From: Bdellovibrionota bacterium
GTDB taxonomy: Bacteria; Bdellovibrionota_C; UBA2361; JBGSMV01
Assembly (NCBI GenBank): GCA_041739995.1
Contig: JBGSMV010000005.1
Coordinates: 1-63,707, forward strand
Length of the DNA stretch: 63,707 nucleotides
Direction of reading: 5' to 3'
Positions 1-8,694 of this stretch are shown here, one piece after another. Position 1 is the stretch's first letter, and each line of letters starts with the position of its first letter. Below the pieces are notes generated by a model. It saw only the letters and a program-made list of their open reading frames with translations. It ran no database searches and was not told the origin of the DNA. A program made the translations under genes and the position numbers.

Positions 1-30
1 TCCTTCTGATAAGCTTAAAGCAGCCGGTAA

Positions 31-104
31 GCCCTCGTAACTCAGTTGGATAGAGTGCAACTTTCCTAAAGTTGAAGTCGGGAGTTCGAACCTCTCCGAG
101 GGCG
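31..104 (+). tRNA. tRNA-Arg(CCT)
   Basis: Acceptor stem GCCCTCG/CGAGGGC, D arm AACTCAGTTGGATAGAGT, anticodon arm CAACT-TTCCTAA-AGTTG, T loop GTTCGAA; CCA not encoded. Confidence 0.95.
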
Positions 105-124
105 CTCTTCTTTTAGCATTTTCG

Positions 125-274
125 TGATCCATTTTTGATCCTTTTTGGGTCTGTTTCAGCCAAGGAATCCAGTGGTGGTTGGCGCATGCTAAAGAACTCA
201 AGAGAAAAAATCTTGGGGTCAAAAAGCTAGATTTGGATGTATTTCGGGTTGCTTTCATGATCCATTTTTGATCC
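125..274. repeat. TGATCCATTTTTGATCC direct repeats (125-141, 258-274) with an inverted variant GGGGTCAAAAA near 215-225; resemble integrase arm-type sites
   Basis: Exact 17-bp repeat seen twice just downstream of the tRNA; function is inference. Confidence 0.6.
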
Positions 275-425
275 ATTTCACTCCAACTTTACTCAGAATC
301 TCCCAGCAAGTCTCAACACATCGTCCTTGATCGAGAGTGTGTAATGCTCTACGATAATTATATAATTTAACGTCCCGGCGTTGTTCACAAATCGCTGGTT
401 CGGCAGGTCGCATCGCAAGGTGGTG

Positions 426-468
426 TTCCTAAACTTGGGGTCGCAGGTTCAATCCCTGCCGCGGACGC
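426..468 (+). pseudogene. 3' half of a second, different tRNA-Arg(CCT) (att-like fragment)
   Basis: TTCCTAA anticodon loop, then GCAGG-TTCAATC-CCTGC T arm and CGCGGAC acceptor strand; no matching 5' half upstream. Confidence 0.75.
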
Positions 469-649
469 ACTTTTTCGCTTCAGCGAAAATGTGTCCGCCG
501 TAGCGCGAAGCGCGTAGGTGGACCTGATTCGAATAGTCTTCAAAAGTTCCAGTGTCCACGGAACCGGCAGGGATTGAACGCCCCGCAGGGAAAGAGTAGC
601 AATCCCTTGGGAGCGAGAGCGCAGCGCGAGCTCCCTGCCGCGGACGCCA
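453..649. mobile_element. Small palindrome-rich element bounded by a duplicated tRNA 3' end
   Basis: TCCCTGCCGCGGACGC at 453-468 and 632-647; inverted T-arm copy CGGCAGGGATTGAAC at 565-579; internal hairpins. Confidence 0.55.
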
Positions 650-786
650 ATTCCATTGCAATAGAAAAGTGGAGGAAGGACCCAAGGACCTTTTGGAAAG
701 GGTGCGTCTCTACGAGAGCTGCACCGTCCAACCTCCATGCGAGACGTACTCATCCCATCATCCCGTGTAGAGTCTGAACACGGGGC

Positions 787-1650
787 TTAGTCTCTCGACC
801 TGAGCTTTGCGAGCAGTCGCAGGATCTCGAGGTAGAGCCAGATGAACGTCACCAAGACGCCGAAGCCGCAGTACCACTCCATCCATTTTGGCGCCCCGCG
901 CTCAATGCCGCGTTCGATGGTGTCGAAGTCGATGATGAAGTTCAGAGCGGCCATGCCACACACAAACACGCTGAATCCGATCCCCAGCCAGCCGTTGCTG
1001 TGAACGATGCTGAGCTGGGAGCCAAAGAAGGCGCCCAGGATGATATCGACGATGTAGACGCCGAGGATCCCGAGCATTGCGGCGGTCAGTCCGATCACGA
1101 ACTTTGGACCGGCCTTGATCACCCCGCTAGCAAAGATGCCGAGCATGACCAGCATCACCATCACGGTGGTTGCCGCAGCCTGCATCACGATTCCTCCGAA
1201 CTGGAGCTCATACATGGCGGAAATGCCGCCGAGCGCCAGTCCCTCGAGGCCGGCGTATACCGGTCCAAGAAACGGGGAGGTCCTCTTGTTGAAGATGATG
1301 ATCAGACCAACGACCAAGCCACCAATCACGCCGATCCACATCAGCTTTTTGACCTGCGAGAGGTCAAAGTTCGGCAGCGGTTCGTGTTCCCCTGAATTGG
1401 GGTTGATCACCACCTGCCGCATGACCGGCTTGCCCTTGCGGTCGACTTCGCCCGACTCGACAGATGCGAGTGTGGAGAAGTCGAAGTCACCGAAGCTCCT
1501 CATCGCAATGGACCAGGTGATGCCGCCAGTGCCGAGCAGAATGGCGATCATCAAGAGCAGCTTGGTCGCGACCCCGAGGCGCGTCATGCGCTTGGGGCCC
1601 GGCGGCTCTCCGAAGGTATTCTCCGTCAGAAACGGATTTCCGTTGCTCAT
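787..1650 (-). CDS. Bax inhibitor-1/YccA family membrane protein
   Basis: MSNGNPFL start, multiple TM helices, C-terminal LNFIIDFDTIERG...EWY..FG.LVT.IWLYLEILRLLAKLR signature; start moved from 1743 to 1650. Confidence 0.9.
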   Translation of the reverse strand: MSNGNPFLTENTFGEPPGPKRMTRLGVATKLLLMIAILLGTGGITWSIAMRSFGDFDFSTLASVESGEVDRKGKPVMRQVVINPNSGEHEPLPNFDLSQVKKLMWIGVIGGLVVGLIIIFNKRTSPFLGPVYAGLEGLALGGISAMYELQFGGIVMQAAATTVMVMLVMLGIFASGVIKAGPKFVIGLTAAMLGILGVYIVDIILGAFFGSQLSIVHSNGWLGIGFSVFVCGMAALNFIIDFDTIERGIERGAPKWMEWYCGFGVLVTFIWLYLEILRLLAKLRSRD

Positions 1651-2506
1651 GAAGTTAGACAATGTCGTGCTCCTTTCGGGAAGGCTGGTGAGTGAGGCGA
1701 TTCGTGTGCGGTGGACCTGATACACAGGTCCGACGGATCGCAAAAAATATTGAAATCAAAAAACCCCTTAAGGTCTCTTGGGTCTTCCCATATGAACGAA
1801 GGTTTTCACCCTCGGAATGACAAAGGAGCGAGAGAGGCAGTTAAAGCCGCAGGGCAGCAGAGTGTAATGAGAGTATTCTCCATAAGCGACTTTAGGTGAT
1901 GCGTGTCTGGTGCTCCCGAGAGGGTGCCGTGCTAGGGTTGCAGTCACGGTATTTTGGCAGTCGATAATAGATAACGCTCTGAAAATACAGGTAAAACTTA
2001 TGGTTCTTCGCGCGGGGCGATTTTGGGATTAGAGTGGCATTTTGTAAGAATGACGTGGCTGCACATTTCTCAGTCTGCCCCATTTAGGCAACCTCACTCA
2101 GTCAAGGGAGTCTCACGGTGGGTGCTCGAAACGGAGGGGGGTGGGTCTGATCGAGTTTAGTAGCGGGTTCATTGTAGGTCAGATCGGGAAGTCCTTTCGC
2201 GTGTGGTCATTTCGTCAATAGGGGATTTGCAATTCGAATCGTTGATCACATAGATACGCAGGGGACTTTCTCGCTGGGTGCCTACCAGAAGGGGGCGCCG
2301 CAAGGGGTTTGGGCTCAAGGAGTATCCTCGACAATAATAGATAGTAATGTCCATAAATCATATATTGCGACGGCTCTGCCCTGCCAAGGGCGCCAGCGTA
2401 AGGCACGCTCGCTTTCCAAGCGCCACGTTTTGCAAGTTGAGACTCTGGGCGCGAAGGTGCCAAGCGGGGTACCGAGAGCGGTAAAAATGGATAGAAGAGA
2501 GTTCGT

Positions 2507-3475
2507 ATGAGTAGCTGTGATATGAATAGCTCTGCAATCATCTTCCCTGGACAGGGTTGTCAGGCACCAGGAATGGCAGCTGAATTCTTCCGTACCTACG
2601 AGGAGAGTCGGCAGGTTTTTGACCAAGCCTCGGCTGCTACAGAACTAGACCTTCAAAAAATTTGCTTTACCGAGAGCGAACTTTTAAATCGAACCGAGTT
2701 TACCCAACCAGCTATTCTTACCGCTGAGATTGCGATATGGGCAGCGCTGAAAAAGCACTTTGCGCTCGAGCCAGTCTGCTATGCCGGCCACAGTCTTGGT
2801 GAGTACACCGCATTGGTGGCGGCTGAGGTGATAGAGCTTAAAGACGCGGTGAAAATTGTTCGTGAGCGCGGAGCTCTGATGCAGGCAGCAACTCCTTGTG
2901 GATTTGGTGCCATGGCCGCCTTGATTGTAGAGAACATAGTAGATCTTAACATCGAACAGGTTCTGAAACAGTCCGGCGCCGAACTCGCAAACATCAATTC
3001 AAAAAACCAACTAGTCATTAGTGGTGAAGCGAATGCGGTGCGACTTGCGAGCGAACAACTTGCGAGCGAGCATCCGGAAATACGAGTGGTGCCTCTCAAT
3101 GTCAGTGCGCCCTTTCACTCAAGTCACATGAGAAAAATTGAAGCAAAATTCGAAGAAGTGCTGCGCTCCTTCGAAAAGAACTTTGTGTTGGAAAATGCCC
3201 CTAAAGTGCTCAGCAATTATTCCGGCATTGCTCATTCCGGTGAGGGATTGGTTCCGATGCTTGTGCATCAGGTTTCCGCCCCGGTCCGTTGGATGGACAA
3301 TATGAAGGCGCTGAGCCTCGCGGCGACCACGCTGTATGAGGTGGGGCCTCAACGTGTATTATCAAAATTCTTAGACAGTATTGGGCGTCAAGCTAAAGCC
3401 ATCACCGATTTGCGATCCCTACAGCGAGCTTTCGGTGGCACATCTTCAAAGAGTGAGGTATCGCATGTCATTTAA
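2507..3475 (+). CDS. fabD: Malonyl-CoA:ACP transacylase
   Basis: FPGQG, TQPA, GHSLGEY, RGALMQ, VSAPFHS, PVRW motifs. Confidence 0.95.
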   Translation: MSSCDMNSSAIIFPGQGCQAPGMAAEFFRTYEESRQVFDQASAATELDLQKICFTESELLNRTEFTQPAILTAEIAIWAALKKHFALEPVCYAGHSLGEYTALVAAEVIELKDAVKIVRERGALMQAATPCGFGAMAALIVENIVDLNIEQVLKQSGAELANINSKNQLVISGEANAVRLASEQLASEHPEIRVVPLNVSAPFHSSHMRKIEAKFEEVLRSFEKNFVLENAPKVLSNYSGIAHSGEGLVPMLVHQVSAPVRWMDNMKALSLAATTLYEVGPQRVLSKFLDSIGRQAKAITDLRSLQRAFGGTSSKSEVSHVI

Positions 3476-4400
3476 AGGTCAAAATTATTGGGCTTTGATT
3501 CTCGGAGGCTCGAGCGGGTTCGGGCTGGCTGCGGCGAAGGAGCTCGCTTCGCGCGGCATGAATATCTGCGTGCTCCACCGCGATAGACGCGGTGCCATGG
3601 CTAGAGTTGAGCAAGAGTTTGATTCTATCCGAGCAGCGGGGGTTCAATTTAAGGCCTTCAACATAGACGCGCTTAGTCCTGATGGGCGTGCCACGGTATT
3701 GGGAGAACTGCCCGAAGTGCTTGCCGGTGGTAAGGTTCGCTTGCTGCTGCACTCCATAGCGTTCGGTAGTCTAAAGCTTATCGGTCCTCGACTTGACGTT
3801 GGAATTTGTCCAACAAGTGGACTGTCCGAAAAGCTGGGGCTCAGCGCTCAGGCCATACAAAGTGCCGCTGATGAGCTTTTTGCGGCAGGAGGAGTGGCGT
3901 ATCACAGTTTGGCGACACAACCCACCTATAATGATGAGCTTCTTCTTGATCAAGAAGAGTTGTTATCAACAGTGCATGCCATGGGAGCAAGTTTGCTCAC
4001 GTGGACTCAAGAGCTTTTCCGGAAGCGACTCTTCGCCAGTGACTCACGAGTGATTGGTCTTACCAGCGAGGGCAATGAAGTAGCCTGGCTTGGATATGCT
4101 GCGGTGAGTGCCGCCAAGGCGGTGCTTGAGTCAGTGTCTCGTAGCATTGCGAAAGAGTACGGGCCTCACGGCATTCGCTCTAATATTATTCAGCCCGGTG
4201 TAACTGATACTCCTGCGCTGAGGCTCATTCCTGGCGGTCAGCATTTGCTCGCGCGTGCGGAGCAAAGAAACCCACTCGGACGAACTACTCAAACTGAAGA
4301 TGTCGCTCGTGTCGTTGCGTTCCTCGCCAGTGAGGACGCAAGCTGGATAAATGGCAGCATCCTAAGGGTGGACGGGGGCGAGCATATTTCTGGCTCATAG
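3465..4400 (+). CDS. Enoyl-ACP reductase-like SDR (FabI/FabL type) with an internal insertion
   Basis: LGGSSGFG, YAAVSAAK (Yx6K), TDTPAL, NPLGR, VDGG; overlaps the fabD stop. Confidence 0.8.
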   Translation: MSFKGQNYWALILGGSSGFGLAAAKELASRGMNICVLHRDRRGAMARVEQEFDSIRAAGVQFKAFNIDALSPDGRATVLGELPEVLAGGKVRLLLHSIAFGSLKLIGPRLDVGICPTSGLSEKLGLSAQAIQSAADELFAAGGVAYHSLATQPTYNDELLLDQEELLSTVHAMGASLLTWTQELFRKRLFASDSRVIGLTSEGNEVAWLGYAAVSAAKAVLESVSRSIAKEYGPHGIRSNIIQPGVTDTPALRLIPGGQHLLARAEQRNPLGRTTQTEDVARVVAFLASEDASWINGSILRVDGGEHISGS

Positions 4401-4442
4401 TTTAACAAGATAGTTGGGCAAGATAGTTAAAGAAGGTGAAGT

Positions 4443-5030
4443 GTGAAGTTAGCTGAGTTTCATGAAAGAACGTTTTTGACCAAAGAGGAGATCTTGGCGC
4501 ACTGCTATGGTGCTTTGGTGGAAGATGCGCCCAAGGACTTCGTGCGATTGCCGGCGCCACCCATGCTGATGCTCGACCGTGTTACTTGCGTGGAGCGCGA
4601 CGGGTCAAAAGGCAAAATCGTTGCAGAAAGAGATGTGCGCGCGGACGATTGGTTTTTCCCTTGTCACTTCAGCGGAGATCCGGTGCAGCCGGGATGCCTC
4701 GGTGTTGATGCTATCTGGCAGATGATTGGGCTCTATCTTGGTTTGCGTGGAGTCGCGCATTCGGGACGGGCGCTTGGCTGCAAAGAAGTAGAGTTTCGAG
4801 GACAGATTCGGCCGTACAACAAACTAGTGCGCTACGAAGTAGACATCCGACGCTATACCGTACTGGCTGAGCAGGGAGCGGCCTTGGCGATTGGCACAGG
4901 CAAGCTATTCGTCGATGACGAACATATTTATACCGTTGTAGACGCCAAAGTTGGAGGCTTTAAAGACATAGCGTACTCTGATTATCCACTTCGCTCCGAA
5001 CGGTCGGTGGGCGGAATTATGGAGCGGTGA
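4443..5030 (+). CDS. fabA: 3-hydroxyacyl-ACP dehydratase/isomerase, FabA type
   Basis: LPAPPMLMLDR, WFFPCHFSGDPVQPGCLGVDA (His/Asp dyad), GRALG. Confidence 0.9.
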   Translation: MKLAEFHERTFLTKEEILAHCYGALVEDAPKDFVRLPAPPMLMLDRVTCVERDGSKGKIVAERDVRADDWFFPCHFSGDPVQPGCLGVDAIWQMIGLYLGLRGVAHSGRALGCKEVEFRGQIRPYNKLVRYEVDIRRYTVLAEQGAALAIGTGKLFVDDEHIYTVVDAKVGGFKDIAYSDYPLRSERSVGGIMER

Positions 5031-5038
5031 GGTAGACA

Positions 5039-5764
5039 ATGAGCGGTGGAATTGCACTGGTTACAGGTGGCGGTACGGGCATTGGTGCGGCCTGCTGCGG
5101 CCAGCTTGGAGCAGCGGGCTTTCAAGTCGCCGTGCATTATAATCACAGCAAAGAGCGAGCTGAAGCGCTTGTGGCTCAAATCCCAGGCGCATTCGCCGTT
5201 CAGGCGGACTTAGCTACTACGGAAGGATGCGACTCTCTTGTGCGCGAGGTGGGTGCTCGAGACGGCGAAATTTCTGTGCTGGTGAACAACGCTGGAATAG
5301 TTCTTGATAAGCTGCTTTTCTCTTCCAGCTTGGAGGACTTTGAAACGGTCATCAACACGAATCTGCGCACTGCTTGGTATCTCACCAAGAAACTTTCCAA
5401 GATGATGATGCGGAAGCGCTCGGGAAGAATCATTAATATATCGAGTGTGATTGGGCACACGGCAAGTGCGGGTCAGTCGCTATATGGGATGAGCAAGGCG
5501 GCGCTCGATAACTTCACCAAATGTGCGGCCCAAGAGCTTGCTCCATACGGCATTCTTGTAAACTCCATCGCACCTGGGTTCATTGACACGGAAATGACCA
5601 AGCAAATGCCTGAGGAGCGGCGAGCAGAGATATTGTCGCGAGTTCCTCTTGGTCGAATGGGTACCGCACTTGAAGTGGCCGAACTGGTAGGGTTCTTTGC
5701 GACTAAAGGCGGCTATTGCACTGGGACAACCTTTCATGTGAATGGAGGATTGTATGGTGGCTAA
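5039..5764 (+). CDS. fabG: 3-oxoacyl-ACP reductase
   Basis: TGGGTGIG, NNAG, YGMSK, PGFIDTEMT, VNGGL. Confidence 0.88.
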   Translation: MSGGIALVTGGGTGIGAACCGQLGAAGFQVAVHYNHSKERAEALVAQIPGAFAVQADLATTEGCDSLVREVGARDGEISVLVNNAGIVLDKLLFSSSLEDFETVINTNLRTAWYLTKKLSKMMMRKRSGRIINISSVIGHTASAGQSLYGMSKAALDNFTKCAAQELAPYGILVNSIAPGFIDTEMTKQMPEERRAEILSRVPLGRMGTALEVAELVGFFATKGGYCTGTTFHVNGGLYGG

Positions 5765-6218
5765 CGCGTGTCCCGAGGCAGAGCGAAAGAGCATCCTCGA
5801 ACAGATTCCACAGAAGCCGCCTTTTCGATTCCTGAACGAGATACAGGAGTTGTCTGACGATCACATTGTAGCGAAGTACCGCTTTACCGGTGAGGAGTTC
5901 TTCTACGCAGGCCATTTTCCTGGCGATCCAGTAACGCCTGGAGTAATTTTGCTTGAAGCCATGGCCCAGGCGGGACTTGTGGCACTAGGAATTTATTTGC
6001 TTCGCAAAGAACGACCGGAGGCAAAGATCAGGACTTTATTTTCTGAATGCGCCGTGGAATTTTTAGCGATGGTACGACCGGGCGAGGAGGTTTCGATTCG
6101 CGGAGAGAAGGTCTATTGGAGACGCAACAAGCTTCAGTCGCGAGTAGAACTGAGGCTTGAAGACGGAAGTCTTGCCGCGTCAGGAACAGTTTCTGGTATG
6201 GGAGTAGCAGTGTTGTGA
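5754..6218 (+). CDS. fabZ: FabZ-like 3-hydroxyacyl-ACP dehydratase
   Basis: PQKPPFRFL, GHFPGDPVTPGVILLEAMAQ (His/Glu dyad); GGAGG RBS. Confidence 0.85.
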   Translation: MVANACPEAERKSILEQIPQKPPFRFLNEIQELSDDHIVAKYRFTGEEFFYAGHFPGDPVTPGVILLEAMAQAGLVALGIYLLRKERPEAKIRTLFSECAVEFLAMVRPGEEVSIRGEKVYWRRNKLQSRVELRLEDGSLAASGTVSGMGVAVL

Positions 6219-7498
6219 AAAGTGAAGATAGACGAGTAGTAGTGACAGGGCTCGGAGTCGTGGCCCCCAATGGGCACGGATTGAAGGAGTTCGAACGGGC
6301 GCTTAGAGCGGGGACAAGCGGCATTCGAAAGATTGCGGCGCTTGAAGAACTGAATTTTCGCTGTCAGGTTGCGGGAGTTCCTCAGAACATTCCTGAAAAA
6401 GCGACGCAGTATTTTTCTGACGAAGACTTGCTCGCCATGAACCAAGCCATGATTTATGGGGCGATGGCAGCAATAGATGCTTGGCGCGACGCCGGATTTA
6501 AAGTGCCTGAGCGTAACTCCGACGAAATATTCTGGGACACCGGCTGCGTTCTGGGCTCTGGTCTTAGTGGTATGGATACTATCGGTGATGTGCTTGTGCC
6601 GAAGATAAATGCCGGCAAAGTACGTCGCATGGGAAGTACGCTGGTTGAGCAAACCATGGCTAGCGCCATCTCAGCGAAGCTTAGCGGGCTGCTTGCTCTA
6701 GGGAACCAAGTCACGTCGAATTCGAGTGCTTGCAATACTGGCACAGAAGCTATTCAGGATGCGTTTCTTCGCATACGGTTTGGCCTGGCCGAGAGAATGC
6801 TTGCGGGCGGAGCAGAGTCGTCTTCGGTTTACGTGTGGGGTGGTTTCGACGCGATGCGCGTCTTGAACGGTGAGTCTAACGATCAGCCGACAAAGGCGTC
6901 TCGCCCCATGAGTCACAGTGCTGGCGGGTTTATACCAGGCTCAGGCGGTGGCGTGCTGATGCTTGAAAGTCTTGATAGTGCACAACAACGAGGGGCGCGT
7001 ATCTATGCCGAGCTGCTCTCTGCGGTCGTCAACTGTGGCGGACAGCGTCAGGGCGGCAGCATGACTGCTCCTAACTCAGCTTCGGTGCAACGCTGCATTC
7101 GAGGTGCAGTGGCAGCGGCAAAGATTGCGCCTGAGGAGATTGATGCAATTAATGGGCATCTCACCGCCACCATGGGTGACTTGATTGAAGTAAATAACTG
7201 GGCGCAGGCGCTCGAATGCGGTCCAGGGAAGTTGCCGATGATCAGTTCGACCAAGTCGATGATTGGGCATTGTCTTGGGGCGGCAGGCAGTATCGAGGCA
7301 GTCGCTGCGGTGCTTGAGTTAGATCGCGGTTTCGTACATGGTTCAATCAACTGTGAAGATCTTCATCCAGAACTTGAGTCTTTTGCGGATAACATCGTGC
7401 AGAAGACGCGAGATGAGGAAATCTCCGTGATTGCCAAATCGAGTTTCGGCTTCGGAGATGTCAACGGTTGTCTGATTTTTCGTAAGTGGCGCGAATAA
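6215..7498 (+). CDS. Beta-ketoacyl-ACP synthase (FabB/FabF family)
   Basis: RRVVVTGLG, SACNTG, INGHLTAT, KSMIGHCLGAAG, SFGFG (Cys-His-His). Confidence 0.93.
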   Translation: MKSEDRRVVVTGLGVVAPNGHGLKEFERALRAGTSGIRKIAALEELNFRCQVAGVPQNIPEKATQYFSDEDLLAMNQAMIYGAMAAIDAWRDAGFKVPERNSDEIFWDTGCVLGSGLSGMDTIGDVLVPKINAGKVRRMGSTLVEQTMASAISAKLSGLLALGNQVTSNSSACNTGTEAIQDAFLRIRFGLAERMLAGGAESSSVYVWGGFDAMRVLNGESNDQPTKASRPMSHSAGGFIPGSGGGVLMLESLDSAQQRGARIYAELLSAVVNCGGQRQGGSMTAPNSASVQRCIRGAVAAAKIAPEEIDAINGHLTATMGDLIEVNNWAQALECGPGKLPMISSTKSMIGHCLGAAGSIEAVAAVLELDRGFVHGSINCEDLHPELESFADNIVQKTRDEEISVIAKSSFGFGDVNGCLIFRKWRE

Positions 7499-7527
7499 GA
7501 ACGCGTTTTTTGGTAAGGAGAATGGAA

Positions 7528-7782
7528 ATGAGTGATGAAATATTTGAAAAAGTAATTGAGCTTGTCGGCCCTTTTTCTAAAGACAAAGAGGCGCTTAAGA
7601 ATGCCACTGAAAACTCGAGTTTCTTAAAAGATCTTCAGATGAGCTCTTCTCGTCTTGTCGATGTGGTGCTTGCCATTGAGGACACCTTCGGCATTGAAGT
7701 CGGTGACGACGAGGCTGATAAGATTCTTACGGTGGGTTCTGCAGTCTCACTGATTCGAGCAAAGCAGGCAGCCGCCGCTTAA
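7528..7782 (+). CDS. Acyl carrier protein
   Basis: Small acidic protein with DLQMSSSRLVDVVLAIEDTFGIEV...ILTVG; AAGGAG RBS. Confidence 0.9.
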   Translation: MSDEIFEKVIELVGPFSKDKEALKNATENSSFLKDLQMSSSRLVDVVLAIEDTFGIEVGDDEADKILTVGSAVSLIRAKQAAAA

Positions 7783-7842
7783 GGCAGCTTCAGTAGGGCC
7801 CTGCGTTGAGTATTCGCGCTGAGCGGTGCTCGTGCCAGTAAA

Positions 7843-8694
7843 GTGAATCACATGATTTCAAAGAGTGAGGTTGACGGTGCCTCGGTGTCGCAGGGCACTG
7901 AGGTCAACCGCACGAGTCCGTATCGCAGGCCTTCCGGGCATGTCTCGTTTATTGAGCGTACCCGGCTTCAGATTCAGAGGCTTGCAGGGCGTCTTAGTAT
8001 CTTGCCGTTGGGTGGGGTGATTGTGGCGGTGCTGCACCTAAGGGGGCATCGCATTCACCAGCATGCGGAGGTTCGGAAGAAGTTCCTTGAGATTGTGCGC
8101 AGCGGAGAGCCGATGATAGTGGTCGCGAACCATCTCACGCTTGTTGATTCCGTCTTTATGCATTGGGCGCTGGCGTCCATGCCAAGGTACTTTCTTAACT
8201 ATCGATTGTTCAGTTGGAACTTTCCCGCAGTTGAGAATACTCGCAAGAAGAGGAGCTGGTCAGTCATTACCTATTTAAGCAAGTGCATGCTGGTAGACCG
8301 CTTAGGTGATGCGAATCACACCGGGGGGCTTTTGGCGAAGATGGCAGGTCTGCTGCGCCAGGGCGATCTGCTTACCTTGTTCCCAGAAGGTACGCGCAGC
8401 CGAAGTGGAAGAGTCGACCTCACGGCCACCACCTATGGAATCGGAAAGCTGGTTCAAGCGGTGCCGAACTGCCGAGTTCTTTGCGTTTATATGCGTGGTC
8501 GAATGCAGGACACATTTTCCGACTTTCCCAAGCGCGGAGATATATTTGATGTCGCTCTTGAAGTCATTTCTCCCTCTAGTAGCGCCAGTGGACTGCGAGG
8601 TGCCAAAGAGCGCTCCATGCAAGTCACTTTGAAGCTTAAGGAAATGGAGGAGCGCCACTTTGAACAGCGTGCGGCCACTATCGATCGGCAATGA
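7843..8694 (+). CDS. Lysophospholipid (PlsC-family) acyltransferase
   Basis: NHLTLVD (HX4D), FPEGTRSR. Confidence 0.85.
   Translation: MNHMISKSEVDGASVSQGTEVNRTSPYRRPSGHVSFIERTRLQIQRLAGRLSILPLGGVIVAVLHLRGHRIHQHAEVRKKFLEIVRSGEPMIVVANHLTLVDSVFMHWALASMPRYFLNYRLFSWNFPAVENTRKKRSWSVITYLSKCMLVDRLGDANHTGGLLAKMAGLLRQGDLLTLFPEGTRSRSGRVDLTATTYGIGKLVQAVPNCRVLCVYMRGRMQDTFSDFPKRGDIFDVALEVISPSSSASGLRGAKERSMQVTLKLKEMEERHFEQRAATIDRQ

Noticed and set aside
394..468. A second complete tRNA
   Set aside because: No D arm or complementary 5' acceptor strand upstream of 426; only the 3' half is present
385..777. Four short overlapping ORFs
   Set aside because: They overlap the tRNA fragment and palindromic element; no protein motifs
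1000..1720. Plus-strand ORFs of 131 and 201 aa
   Set aside because: Antisense shadows of the BI-1/YccA gene; the same applies to most short ORFs opposite recognised genes (e.g. 12569-13153, 28010-28654, 43605-44225)
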